This document shows, piece by piece, positions 1-13,900 of a stretch of DNA of 64,000 bases (within the stretch, counting starts at the first letter, position 1; each line of letters opens with the position of its first letter). The notes below the pieces were generated by a model. It was not told where the DNA came from and did not search any database. It worked only from the letters and a program-made list of their open reading frames with translations. This DNA comes from Okamejei kenojei. Its lineage: Eukaryota. Both the position numbers and the translations under genes were made by a program. The DNA is taken from assembly GCA_035221665.1 (NCBI GenBank), contig CM069174.1, forward strand, positions 11,222,001-11,286,000, in the 5' to 3' direction.

Positions 1-169
1 GCAAGAGGCCACTCAGCCTCTTTAGCCTTTTCTGCTGTTCAATTACGTTAGGGGTCATTTTTGTGTTTTTGCCACCTAATTGCCATAGTTTTGTAAAATA
101 ATGATAGGGAGCATAAGTTATGGGTGGAAGAGACTGCAGTAACAAATGTGTCAGAAAAAAACCAGAGGG

Positions 170-370
170 AATTAATCTGTGGAATACTTTGCTACAGAAG
201 GGTGTGTAGGCCAACTCAATGGATATTTTTAAGGCAGAAGTAGATAGATTTGTGATTAGTACGGGTGCCATGGGGAGAAGGCAGCAAAATGGGGTTATGA
301 GGGAGAGATAGATCAGCCATGATTGAATGGACCGAATGGCCTAATTCTGCTCCTATCACATGACCTTATC
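170..370 (+). mobile_element. CR1-type LINE 3' fragment
   Basis: LWN.L...FKAEVDRF-like remnant and 3' UTR shared with 42190-42752. Confidence 0.7.
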
Positions 371-1792
371 ACAGTGTACAATAGAAGAGGATGTGCAGAC
401 AGCTGAGGGGCATTGTTAACTAGGTTCAAAAAATGATTGATAATCAAAAAAATAACATTCTTCATCTGTACTTTCACCTGCAGCATTATCTTTTCTTTTA
501 ATTGGGTATGTCAGTAGTTCATTTGAGCTTTATTTTATGGCTCATCATAATTCCTGGCTGGATAAGACTGACTCATTGAAGGTGCACAGGATCAGGGGTT
601 AATACTGCCATTTGTAGCACTCAAAATGCACAGCTTCATTTGAACTGTTTATGAACAGTACTAGGTGGAATGAACCAGCACAGGATGAGGCCGTTCATCC
701 CTTTGAAATAACTTTCCAATGTGTCTCACGTGTCAGTTCTTTCTCCAGAATCGTGCACTTTTCTCCCCTTCAATTACTTTTCCAACTCTCCCTTTTGAAA
801 ATTAAGTAGAATCTGATCAGAGATGGATCAGCCCTGCTTAGTGATCAGTTATTTGGCCCCTGAGCCAAGCTACTGTACAGCAACGGGTAGAATTGGGAAG
901 AAAACGCCTTTTTCTACATATACCAGCTAACCGCTAACAGTGGGGACACAAGGAACTGCAGATAATGGAATCTTGAGCAATTCATAAAGTGCTGGAGCGA
1001 CTCATCGGGTCAGGCAGCATCTGTGGGGAATGGGAATGTCTGTGCCGAACATAATACCAAGAGAAACTAACCTCATCTGCCTACATGTGAACCAGCAAAT
1101 CATGTGGCAATCTGAAAGCCTCTGAAACACCACAACCATACCTGCCTCCACCACCCCTGATAGCGCATTCCAGGCACCCACAACCCAATGTGTAAAAAAA
1201 AACCTTGTCCTGCATATCTTTAAACGTTTCCCCTCTCACATTAAAACTTTGTCCTCTAGTCTTTGACATTTCCACTCTGGGGAAAAAGGTTCTGACTGTC
1301 TACCCTATCTGAACTGCTGAGTTCCTCCTGCATTTTGTGTTAAAACCAGTAAAGATTCCAAGTCAGATGTAAATGTCACTATTTTGTAAGCAATTGTCTC
1401 AACCCCATCATGCTTAAATCATAACATTCCAGCCAAATTTACCTCTCTGCTGGATAAGGTTCTTGGCCATTTACCTGACCCCAACACATCCGGTAAGAAT
1501 GGAAACAACAATGGGAACCAAAATGTATGCTTGCTCTAACGCAAGACTGATTCTCAATACTCGACAGCAATTTTGTGTAGAGAGAGTGAAAGGCAATGTA
1601 GGTGACCTGAAGAATTCTAGTGGCTGCCAGAGAGAGGTGTACTTTAAAACAGAGGTGGGGACAACCACACAGGACAAAGACTACATTCATATTTGGAGCA
1701 GTTGCCTGTGATGCAAACTATTTTATTATTTTAAATACAATTGGATGGATTAATTAATTTTATCATTTTATTTTTTTTCTCAGCAAGCAACC

Positions 1793-1918
1793 ATGATTAA
1801 GAAATCATCATACTTGGACAATGCGGTCGGGGTGGGTGACCTGGTGCTATTGGAGCCTCTCACCGATGAGTCTCTACTTTCAAATCTCAAGGAACGATTC
1901 AGCAAAAGTGAGATCTAC
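1793..1918 (+). CDS. MYO1A: Myosin I coding exon 1 ([23 protein letters not shown]...SEIY)
   Basis: Acceptor cag ends 1783, ATG 1793, donor gtaagt 1919; the acceptor implies an upstream non-coding exon. Confidence 0.9.
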
Positions 1919-4900
1919 GTAAGTAAAGTGAGAGGGAAGACTCATGTGTGATAGTTTTCACCTTCAATTGAGATTATCTGATATAACAGGGAACAGATAC
2001 ACTGTCCAGATGTGACACTTATGGCTCCCCTGCAATTTCCAGATGAGACCAGTGCCTCTGAAGGTTGGCTGCTCAGTCAGTTCTCTGTGGGCCAATGAGT
2101 GTTTTGTTTGATAGTCCACTGTTGGGAAATTCAGTAGTTCACAAAGCATGCCTCGTGGACTTGAGGCCCTGATGCTGCCCGTGCATGTGCCTTGGAGAAT
2201 TGGGTGGTATTTGTCCAAAATATGCGCCAACCTTGCAGTGGATGAACAGGAAATAGTCTAATGTCATCCTCCTGGTACAACTGCATACTACACGGTTGAT
2301 TGCATACACGTACTTGGTGGTTTCTTCCAGTAATGTTTTTTTTAATTTCAAAATATACTTTATTCGAATGATAAATATATACAATACATTAACCTTGCGG
2401 AAAATCCATCCGACATTTTCGGGGCTGTACAAATTGATGAATACAGTTTAGACATTTCTTTTCCCCAAATTTCCACAAATCAGTCCCCCACTCGTGCCAC
2501 TCATGTGGCACAATGGCGTGGGATACCTTCCCTTATATTTAGGGGCGTCTCCACCATACCGTGCCCCCCATGTCCAGCAGCGGAAGAACCTTAGACTGTG
2601 GCCCTCCCCCACCGAGCCTTGGCGTTGGCTGCACCGAGCTTCAGTGCGTCCCTCAGCACGTACTCCTGCAGTCTGCAGCGGGCCAGTCGGCAACATTCCC
2701 TGACGGACATCTCGCTCTGCTGGGTGGTGAACAATGCTCGGGCAGACCAAAGGGCGTCTTTTACCAAGTTGATGACCCTCCAGCAGCACTTGATGTCAGC
2801 CTCTGAATGTGTCCCTGGGAACAGTCCGTAAATCACCGAGTCCTCTGTGACGGAGCTGTTTGGGATAAAGCGTACCAGGGACCCTTGCATTTTTCTCCAG
2901 ACTCTTTTAGCAAACCCACACTCTGTAAAGAGGTGGGCAACCGTCTCCTCTCCATAGCAGCCGTCCCGAGGGCAGCGTGCGCTGGCAGTGAGGTTCCGAC
3001 GGTGCAGGAAGGATCTGACTGGGAGGGCTCCCCTCACCGCCAGCCAAGCCAGGTCTTGGTGCTTGTTGGTGAGTTCTGGCGATGAGGCATTTTGCCAGAC
3101 AAGCTGGGCAGTCTGCTCAGGGAACCACACCACCGGGTCCATAGAGTCCTTTCCCTGCAGTGCCTGCAGGACATTCTGTGCTGACCACTGCCCGATGGAC
3201 ATGTGGTCAAAGGTGTTGGTCCGGAAGAACCCTTCCACCGACGACAGATGGGGTGGCAATGTCCAGCTGACTGGCACATTGCGTGGCACCTGCGCCAGGC
3301 CCATTCTTCTCAACACCGGGGACAGGTAGAACCTCAGCAGGTAGTTTGCCATGTACATGCTGCGTAATGCACAGTGGATGACCGTGAGCGGGTTAGTCTC
3401 TACACAGAGACCATTTTGTGCAGTAGCCTTATCATCAGGGTGGAGAGGCGAGCAGAGAAACCTAAAATGGTATGTGTAAGATGCTGATAGATTCTTGTTA
3501 TTTCACTTATTCTCTCAGACCTACATTGGGAGTGTTGTTATTTCAATCAATCCCTACAAGACGCTTCCTATCTATGGCCAGGAGCAAATCATCAAGTACC
3601 GCAACTCTAACTTTTACGAGTTGAGTCCTCACATGTAAGTAGAGGCAGTAACAGCACGCCCTTTTCCCCCAAATTGAATTGAAGCAATTGCTTTAGTCCT
3701 CTGTCAATCAAACCTGGTGAGTAATTGCTGTAAGTGATTGATTGATTTTATACCCCTTACTTGTATGTGACTATCCTTTACTCGCTACATTTTTCTCTCA
3801 AAGTTATGTGGAGGTAACAATTGCAGAATGGTTTGGGAAGCATTTGGCTGCTTCATTGCAATAGGATTTCTCTGGACAGATGAGCACAAATGGACTGAAT
3901 GGCCAATGTCATCTGTACTAACCTTGTGAAACCATCACAGCACAGAATTCTAGGTTCACCTGATCGTTTGTAGTTAATGGCTATCACGGCCGTTGCTGTA
4001 TGCTCGAACTATGTTTCTATTGTGTCGATTCTGGGATCCTTCCTGGTGCTTTGGTGTTTCAAAACTATATCCACTTTTTGGGGGGAAGGTATAAACTTTG
4101 AAAGTAGACAGCTGAAAAACAAGTGCACACGTAATGAAGAAATGTCAGCAGCAGGAAAGATTTTATGCAATATGTTTACAGCAGAAATCGAAAGGGGAAG
4201 TTCTCCTTTCACCTTTAGTTCTTTGAACATATTAACTGATAAGATTAATAGATTGTACATAACAACATACAAGCATAACATCTATGGCAGGCACAAAAAG
4301 CTGGAGAGACTCAGCGGGCATTCCCTCTCTCTCTCTATCTCCCTCCCCCACCCTAGTCGCACTAGCTTCTCATTTTCACACTACAAACAGCTTACAATGG
4401 CCTGTTCCCTTTATCATCGATACTTTTTTGCATATCTTTCATTCATTGTTCTTTATCTCTCCACATCACCGTCTATATCTCTCGTTTCCCTGATCCCTGA
4501 CCAGTCTGAGGAAGGGTCTCGACCCGAAACGTCACCCATCTCCTTCGCTCCTTAGATGCTGCTGCACCCGCTGAGTTTCTCCAGCCTTTTGTGTACCCTC
4601 GATTCTCCAGCATCTGCAGTTCCTTCTTTAACATAACATCTATGGCAGACAGTTTGTAAAGTACAGAGCTAGTCAGGAGTCTCTACAATCTTTTCCCCTC
4701 CTTTTAGTTTAGTTTAAGGATACAGTGTGGAAACATGCCCTTCGGCCCACCGAGTCCATGCCGACCAGCGATCACGTGTTCACTAATTCTATCTGACACT
4801 CTCGGGACAATTTACAGAAACCTATAAACCTGCACGTCTTTGGAATGTAAGAGTAAACCAGAGTACTTGGAGAAATTGATTTCTGGAAATTATACACTTT

Positions 4901-7900
4901 AACAAAATATTAAGCCGCAGATGACGGCAAGGAAAATGTCACAGAAATATAGCAAACTCAAAGCTTCTAATCAACTCATTTCTCCATGCAGCTATGCCAT
5001 TGCTGACGAGGCATACAGATCACTCCGAGACAGAAACAAGGACCAATGTGTTCTCATCACCGGGGAGAGTGGCTCGGGAAAAACAGGTATCATATCTTGG
5101 GTCACAGCCGATGAGGCCGGCTATTAACTAATTCTGGAGAGTATCTTCCATAAGGCTTTCTCCCAGGAGCCACCTAAAATCAAATAGAATGTGCAACAAT
5201 ATAATGTGTGGGTGTGATTCAAACCCTGAATGTGGAATTTCGACCGAGAGACGACTCTGGACCAGTTGCTGAGTGATTATCAGCAGCTAAACTAAGATTG
5301 CACCAGATGGATTGTCCTGTAGGAGTAATTTAGCCTTGTTTAATGCACTGCGCTCAAGGTCGTCAGATGCTTTGTGCAATTGGAAACTGAGAAACCTATG
5401 CACCTTTTACATTCTTGGAGCATTTAATCCTGCAATAAAAACATAAAACCATTAACTTAGCTTGTAATATAGATTTCCTACTGATAGAAAGCAAAGGTCA
5501 TTATGACAATCTGTGGTAAATGTGGCATGAAATGGCTTAAAAGAGTAATAGAGTTGGCGTAACATTAAAAAGAGAAAGCTAGTGCGTTCTGAAATAGCAT
5601 CAAACAGTTCTGGTAGAACACAACATGTCAGACAGCACCTGGGGAAAAAATGACTAGTTAACCTGAAGTATCTGCCTATCCTTATGCAAATCCCAAATAA
5701 CTTACTTTTTAGTTAGAATATTTATTTCCACAGTTCCCAGCCCATGAAAAGTGTGTGCGTGCATGTGTTTCTATGGCAGGAAGTGGGTTGTGTTAAAGTC
5801 TGTTCCCGTCTTTCGAATGAGACCTTAGGCAACCCCTGGTTGTGGCCGTTCAAGTTATTTATATTCTCCCCTAAAGAATTTGCAAATCCCTGCCCAAAAG
5901 TTCAAGCTCTAGAATTAAATTCCCTCTCATGGAATTTATGTGGGGGATAAGAAGTAAATACAGAAACAATATTTTTTTCAACTCGCATTTCCTGATGCAT
6001 GGGTGGGCAGCGAGGCTTCACGTTATGGAAAATTGTGATATGGCCCGTTTGCCAGGTACACAACCTCCTTAATAAGGAAGGGTTATCTATACTAGAGAAG
6101 GCCTGCACAGAGAAGACCAATTGACCCATTGAAGTTATGTTGATTAAACAGGTTCCACTTATTTTTATTGATATCTCTAACATGATATGTATTAGTCAAC
6201 CAACATCACTGTAACCTTGTCCCTAATTCTGCTAGATTGTTATTGCATTTTTATCTTGGTTAGGGCAGCAATGGAGGCCCCATTTATCCTGTGGCAGCTT
6301 CACTGCATTCTTTCCCCAAAAGTGAATCTGTCAGAAAAGAAATCTTCCCAGTCGAAGCTGGATAAACCTTGCCTTCCATGCCATGGAATGCACTGCTATT
6401 TATTTGATGATAACAGGAACCCCAAATAAATCCACCTCAGGTTGAGAGGGTTTAGGAGAAAAAGGAATTCGAATTCCTCATTTCTCACCTGCCTTCATAG
6501 AAGATAGTGTGATGATAGAATGGAACTATAAACCTGGTGGAGAGGAATGTTAAGGTTTTTTCTATTTTTTTCTGTTTTTTCTACCCACAGAGGCCAGTAA
6601 ACTTGTCATGTCATATATTGCTGCAGTTTGTGGCAAAGGAGAAGAGGTCAACCAGGTCAAAGAGCAGCTTCTGCAATCAAATCCCATACTGGAAGGTCAG
6701 ACGCACCCCGCATGTATCAGCTCTTCACTGAATGTGATCTTTCCATGATCTGTCCTGACATTGCTAAATCACACCAAGGTGTGGGCTCCTTCGTAATCTA
6801 TAAATTAGAAATCTGAAATCACCAGAAAATGCTGGAAATACTCCACAGGTTGGGCAGTGTCTGTGGAGAGAGAAACACTTTCAACTTTAAACTCTATTTT
6901 TGTCTCCTCTGATGCCATATTACCTCCTGAGTATTCCCAGTTCTTTTTATTTTTATTATGGATTTTCTCCACTGCTTTCAGTTTGAACATAGTAGGCTAA
7001 GTGGCCTCCTGAGTTGTAACTTGGGTGATTCTGTGATGCCTCACCCTCTTTTCATATGTAAGCCTTGAATTTGTGTCTTGACAGTGTATTCTATGATAGG
7101 GGCTCGATTACCAAGACCGATGCTGTCTTTGCCTGACATCCTCTCCGGTTATAGGAGTGCTTGGTTAGTCATCAGGAGCAAGGATCCTGGCAGCTTTTGT
7201 TTTCTTCCCCCTTTCCCTAACCTAGGGGGTGCTGTGGCTAGTTGCAGCATCCCAGCAACAGTCAGAGCTAAAGAAGGACAACGCAACACAGAGCCCAGGT
7301 AGAACCTGGTATCCACCTTGTCTGAAATGAATCCAGGCACAAAGGGAAGATCAGACCTTTATTTACATTGACTCCATAAGTTCTAAAGAGAACACTACAA
7401 ATCTAAATCAGGTCCAACTTGGGGTGAAATTGTTTTTTGGTAGCGACTTAAAACATTTGAATGGTTAGCACAGAAGTGGAGGCCCTATTTACCTTGTGGC
7501 AGCTTCACTACATTGTTTCTCCAAAAGTGAATCGCTCAGAAAATAAATCTTCCCAGTCAAAGCTGGATAAACCTTGCCTTCTTCCATGCCAAGGAATTCA
7601 CCGCTATTTAATGGATGATACCAGGAAGCCCAGTTAAATCTACCTCGGGTTCAGAGGATTTAGAAGCAAGAGGAATCCAGGATTGATCATTTCTCACCTG
7701 CCTTCACAGAAGATAGTATGTCACTAGTTTTTGGTAGAGACTAAAGCATTTGTCAATCATTATATCAATGTCTGGCATGATATATGCCTGGCACTTTACT
7801 TCCCTTGTCTATGCCCAGTTTGTTACTATTAGACCTTGGACGATAAAACGATCAATCTGCACAAATCCACGTGGCTGATTTTCAATAGTCCAATTTGAAA

Positions 7901-10900
7901 TTCCATATGGGAAAGCAAATGGAACATGCTGATCATTGACTGATTTCCACACCCTTGCCAGTGTAACTCTTTAATCTAGAGCTGTCAGCCTCCAATCAGT
8001 AACATCAAGGATGTCTGGGACACAGTGGGAGAGTGAAGACTATTGGCTGTGTCACCACTTGCCTTGTATTACTGTTGATCTCTTCAAGTGGAGCCAGTCC
8101 TGATTGTGCTTTAAACCCTCTTTCTTTTCACAGCTTTTGGAAACGCCAAGACCATACGGAATGACAACTCCTCCAGATTTGTACGTATTATTGTGGCCCT
8201 GTTAGCTAATGTGTAAACATGAGGGAAGGGGAATGAGGCCAGTTAGGGATGCATTTTGGGTATGGAGAGAATTAGTTGGATTAATAAAACATTTGAAGTC
8301 TCGTATTTTGCAATTCCACCCAAGGGCCACATATTTAGTTCTCTGTATAAAGGACAATTTTTGGCCAGTTTGCGCCTGTCTCCCGGCATCACTGAGCAGC
8401 TGGACGGCATCTCCCAGCAAGGCATCTGTGAGACGGTGACTGGATGGGGACTATAGCTGCTCTTCACAAAGAGGTCATGGCTGGGGGAGTGGGATGGGGT
8501 GAACAGCAGGCATCTCGCTAGATTGCATGCAGCACCCTCCCAGGAATATTGGAGGGGGACAGGTTTAGGGTAGAGGAACCTAGTATTTACATTGGGCTGT
8601 GGCTTTCTTTACATTTTTATGGGTATCAATAAAGAAATAAGTGTTTTCTTGCATTTGTATTTTTCATTAACTGAATTTCTATGTGTTCAGGGAAAATACA
8701 TGGACATTGAATTTGACTTCAAGGGCGATCCATTGGGTGGAGTCATCAGTAACTGTAAGTGCTGGTCTTTATAATTGGAGTCATCCCGTTTCTCAATAGT
8801 CCTGGATTTGGCGTGCAGAACACCTCTGCTCAGTCCGTCTTAACCTACCTGAGCTCACGGTGGCTCAGCACTTTAACTCCCCCTCCCATTCCCAACCTGA
8901 CCTTTCTGTCCTGGGCCTCCTCCATGGCCAGAGTGAGGCCCAGCGCAAATTGGAGGAGCAGCACCTCATATTTCGCTTGGGCAGTTTACACCCCAGCGGT
9001 ATGAATATTGACTTCTCTAACTTCAGATACTCCTTGCTTTCCCTCTCTCTCCATCCCCTCCCCCTTCCCAGTTCTCCCACCAGTCTTACTGTCTCCGACT
9101 ACATTCAATCTTTGTCCCGCCCACTCCTTTGACGCCAGTCTGAAGAAGGGTCTCAACATGAAACGTCACCTATTCCTTCTCTCCAGAGATGCTGCCTGTT
9201 CCGCTGAGTTACTCCATCATTTTGTGTCTACCTTCGATTTAAACCAGCATCTGCAGTTCTTTCTTACACAAGCTGCCTTAGCTCCCTGTTTACCTCTGGA
9301 ACGGAGACCTGGGACCGCAACTAGCAGAGAAGAGAAGATGTTGACTAGTCATCTGGGAACATTCAGCCAGTAACAGGAACCAAACAGTGACAATGGACAA
9401 ACATCTGGCAACAAAAAAGCAGTGAAAAAGTCGTCAACCAGCAGCTAGGGAACAAACTGCAAACAATCCGCCACAAACAGTCAGCAGATATCAAACAACT
9501 GGCAGTAATATTCAGCAAACAGTTGACAGCATGTGGTCATAATAGGAAACATCTGGCAACAAACTATTGACAGCAGCAAAGAGCCATCAAATATCAAACA
9601 ACTGGCAGCATCAGTCAGCTCAGAGCCAGCAGAAAATAGTCAACAAATACCAAAGCTGGCAGCATGCAGCCAGCGAGCAACTGGAAAAATACAGTCCGCA
9701 TTCGGCTGGCAGCATCGATAAACATGCAAGCAGCAGTCAGCAATGGCAAGCAGCTGGCAACAAAGTCCGCAAACAGCTGGCAATGCAGCAAATTGCCTGC
9801 AGCATATATATGCAGCATGTGCAGCAAGGAAACCATCAGCTGACAAGACAATCAGCAAACTGTTGGTAAAGCAACAAACAGCTGGCAAATAGGAAATAGC
9901 TGGCAGTGTATTGTGTAAATTGTTGGCAAAATAGCAAACATCTGGCAGCAAAGGCAAACAAAAAGGCCAGTAGTTGGTAGCAATTCAGCAAATAGCTGGC
10001 TGAAACCCCAACGAATGGATGGCAGGGCAGCAAACAGCTGGATGCGAGCTGTGGTCAAATAGCAGAGCAACAACAAAGTCTGCAAATAGCTGGCAGCAGA
10101 CTTGGTAAACAGCAACCAGTGGGAATAGTCAGCAAACAGTTGGCTGTAAAATGTCTGCCATTAAACAACATAACATTTAACAACAACAAGGTGTACTATA
10201 ACCACATTTAAAAGATATTTGGACAGGGACAGTGATAGGAAAGGTTTAGAGGGAGATGGACCATAATTGGCAACAACAATGTATCTTTCTGGTCAGTGCG
10301 TCGCAGAACAGGGCCTCAGTTATGTGGCAGAATCATTATAATCTCACAGGAGCAAAAAAAAAAGACACTTCTATCCAAACTAGGTAAGATTTGGATAGAA
10401 GTGTCTTATTTTTGGATAGAAGTGTCCAGCACTGTGTTTTCTTCCTTTTTAACGGCCAGATTAACTGTTTCCACCACCCCTTCAGACAGTGAGTTCCAGA
10501 TCATCACCACCCAGCACAAAACAAAAGGCTTTCCCTCGCAAACTTCCTGTATCCTTTGCCCATCACTTTTTTCCTTCCACATTAATCCTTAGTTTTGGCA
10601 GAAAACCCTTAGCTGCTGTTTCCGTAGGAGGTCTGTGATCCAATCCCAGATTTCAAACTCTGGGAGACCACTTGTATTGCATGATTTCATCCATTTTCCC
10701 ATGAAAGAAAAAGAGTGGCCTTAAAATTCCAACAAAGCTGCCAAGCAGCTTCAAGTGGGAGAAAGGCCTGCCTAACCAATTATCTTTCGCATGACCTCGT
10801 GCCCCAGGTGCAAAATCTTATAACATGATGGTTTTCACGCTGCCTCGGAAAAGTACCCAAGATAATTAAAGACTTGTCCCACCCAGGTCATTCCTCCTAC

Positions 10901-13900
10901 TCCCTGCTCTCATCTGGCAGAAGATACAGAAGCTTGAAAACACATACCACCAAACTTGGGGACAGCTTCTTCCCCTCTGTTATCAGGCTTCTGAACTGTC
11001 CTTCCAAGTGCTAGGGTAGGTCCCATTCACCTCTACCCCATTGCGGACATTGGACTTTGTCTATGAAACTGGTGCGCTACAATGCTGAGAACTAGATTCT
11101 GCACTCTGTATCTTCCCCTTTGCTCTTTCTATTGTACTTGAGTTTGATCTGATTGCATTCATGTATAGTAGATCTGATCTGTTTGGATAGCATGCAAAGC
11201 AAAGCTTTTCACTGTACCTCAGTACACATGACAGTAATAAACCTAAACGTAAATCCAAGTTATTCTATGTCAAAGATTGAACTGCCTGAAGAGTAGGGAG
11301 CAACCAAGGCTTATTTTGAGTGGCAAACACTGAATGTTGTGGCACTATTAGTTTCAGTTTGCATCCTCACTGATGGTATTAAACTTGTAGAGGAAAGATG
11401 TGCAATGCAATACAAAATTAGTTAGATTGGATACCCAGAACTGCTAGCCAGAGCTATATTAATCTCAATATAGATATGTGTAATCTATATTGTGGAAAAA
11501 CCTGGATGGTATGTTGTTTGAATCATTGATTACTGTACATGGAGTACATCTCAAAGTCCACCAATGATCATTAACAGGAATTAGTTTGGGATTTGCAGAT
11601 TAACAAGGATTGTTTCCATTCGATTTGATTCTTGGATCTCAAACTTGAGTATTAGTCTCTCTTCCCAATCTTTCCTTGAGATGGCTCTGTTGTGGAAAAA
11701 TGGGTTATTTCCCAGTAGGGTAAGAAGAACTATTTAGTTTCCATAACAGGAAAGATCTGCGTTTATATGCCTTTCAGAACTTTCAGATGTTGCAAACCAC
11801 TTTGCAGCCACTAAAGTACTTTGCTGAGGTATAGCTTCTGTTGTAATGTGTTTACAAATTATATATTACAATATTCCTGATGTATTCTTTCTAATTATAT
11901 TTATGATTTTTCAAAATGAAAATACAATTTTCATGAACTGATTTAAAATATAGCTTCACATTGGGACCATATCAATCATCACTCATCAATGCGGTCTCCT
12001 CTCAATAGAGTGCCTATGACTCTTAAGATCTTGAGCCTTGAATTGATTACTGATTGTTGTTGCTACCAGAGCTATAAAATGGTGGAATTTAAAAAAAATT
12101 GAATTCACTTCATCTATGTAACCTTGATTTCACGGTTCTTGGTCATGGACCCTCACTGTTATTGAAGCAAGATTCATACAGGACTGCGATGTGAAAATTA
12201 AAATGGGTCCTTGTATCCAAGCTTCAGTGTTCTTTATACAGCTAACAGTGACTTATATTAGCAGAGGAATTTAAAAAAAGACACAAGTCCACATTAGAAG
12301 GCTTCATTTTGTTCCCCCAATATTATGGGACAGTGTGCAACTAGACGGTGTGGAAAAATGTATTTCCACTAACAAAGTGGGGATTCACATTTCCCAGTTG
12401 GTTGGGCAGACCAACGGGAAATTTTAACTCACTAACCTTGGGTCAGTTATCTCCTGATACAGTACCAGATAAAATGGCATCACTATTTTTACACTCATGA
12501 TCCACTCATTAGTTTCATTCATTCATTCTATGCTCCCAGCAAACAAATTATTCCAGTAATATAACAAGTGAGGGGGAAAAATATATTTAAAAGATGTTCA
12601 TGAAGATAGTCTAGGATCACCAGACGACAGGAGGGAAGGACTCAAGTCGGGTAGCCGTTGTAGAGCAATTCATGAATACTACCCAAGAGGTGGGGGGTTG
12701 TTTTGTGGTGGAATATTGTAGGAAATGATCTCCATATCTCTGAGATCAGTCCTTTAGAACTATAAACACTTTCTGGAGAGATGAGCTAAGACAGTCAAAA
12801 TGCTTCCTCGTTTCTTTCTCTAGTGGGTCTCATTTAATTTTGAATATTGTGAATTTAAACAGTGCAAATGCACATGGTGAGTAAAAACAAACATGATTTG
12901 TTTTGAGTTTTGATGGCTTGGGTGTTTCAGATCTCCTGGAGAAGTCTCGTGTTGTCAAGCGTCTGAAAGGGGAGAGAAATTTCCACATCTTCTACCAGCT
13001 GTTGGCAGGGGGCTCACCTGAGCTGCTGGGTGAGTGTTACTAATCTGTCCCCTGTTCTCACAATGCACATCTTGTTTCAGTGATGGGCCGTCTCCTCTTC
13101 AACCTCGCCTAGATGATTTGGGGACAGGTTAATGTCCTTCCATCCTGAAAGCACTAAGTCAGGCCTGTAGCCTGGGGCAGCGCAAATTCCACAGGTGCCC
13201 ACATCCCTCCAGTACCTCGTTTACACAGCGTGTGGTCAATAAATGAGATGCCTACACCCTAAGAATTAGTACAAATAAATGTTGCCTCTTGCCTCATTGA
13301 TCTTTCTCCTCATACTCCTGCAATGAGTTATGCTGGATGACTCCCTTGCCTCTATAGTTAAGACTGAAACTATGTGGGGATTTTTGAATATTACCCTACT
13401 ATGTTTTTGCATCACATACACAAAGCACTTTAGTTCCAATACACATTCTCCTTTTTTTCCACTCATAAATGTATATTTCACACAAACCACAATTCTCAGT
13501 TCACATAGTTGCAGAGGGAGTCATTCACTACACCTTTCCTCCACAGAGCATCTTAATGTGCTGAGGGACTACAATCAATACGGTTACCTGACCTCGGACA
13601 AAACTCCCCTGAATGGAGTCGACGATGCTGCCAACTTTGACACGGTGAAAGTAAGTGTTTAGAAGGGGAACAGTGGATTTAATATACCTGGGATCTTTGG
13701 ATTGTATGCAAGGTCTGCACACCATATACAGACTATACACGGGTTTGCCAGGTTGTTTGAGGAGTATCCAGGCCATACACAGGATGTGTGGACCAGGAGC
13801 AGATGTCTAGCTATGAAATTGGATTTCAGACTCCTGTTCTTAGCTAAGTTAAAATGCAAAGATGACACCCCCACGCTTTCCTATTTGTACCTATAATTCT

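Noticed and set aside
1400-1498. Non-coding first exon of MYO1A ending at donor ccg|gtaaga (1492)
   Set aside because: Plausible, but supported only by one donor-like site and a GATA motif.
3977-4555. 192-aa ORF (and similar ORFs at 9008, 21771, 29672, 39996, 56854)
   Set aside because: Chance read-through of Penelope-derived non-coding repeats or exon antisense; no domain content.
6271-7636. Short ORF shared by the two duplicated intronic copies
   Set aside because: Substitutions fall at all codon positions and copy 2 lacks the ATG.
9533-10115. Q/A/S-rich ORFs in the array as a novel protein
   Set aside because: Several frames are open only because of low complexity; stops interrupt them and no splice structure is evident.
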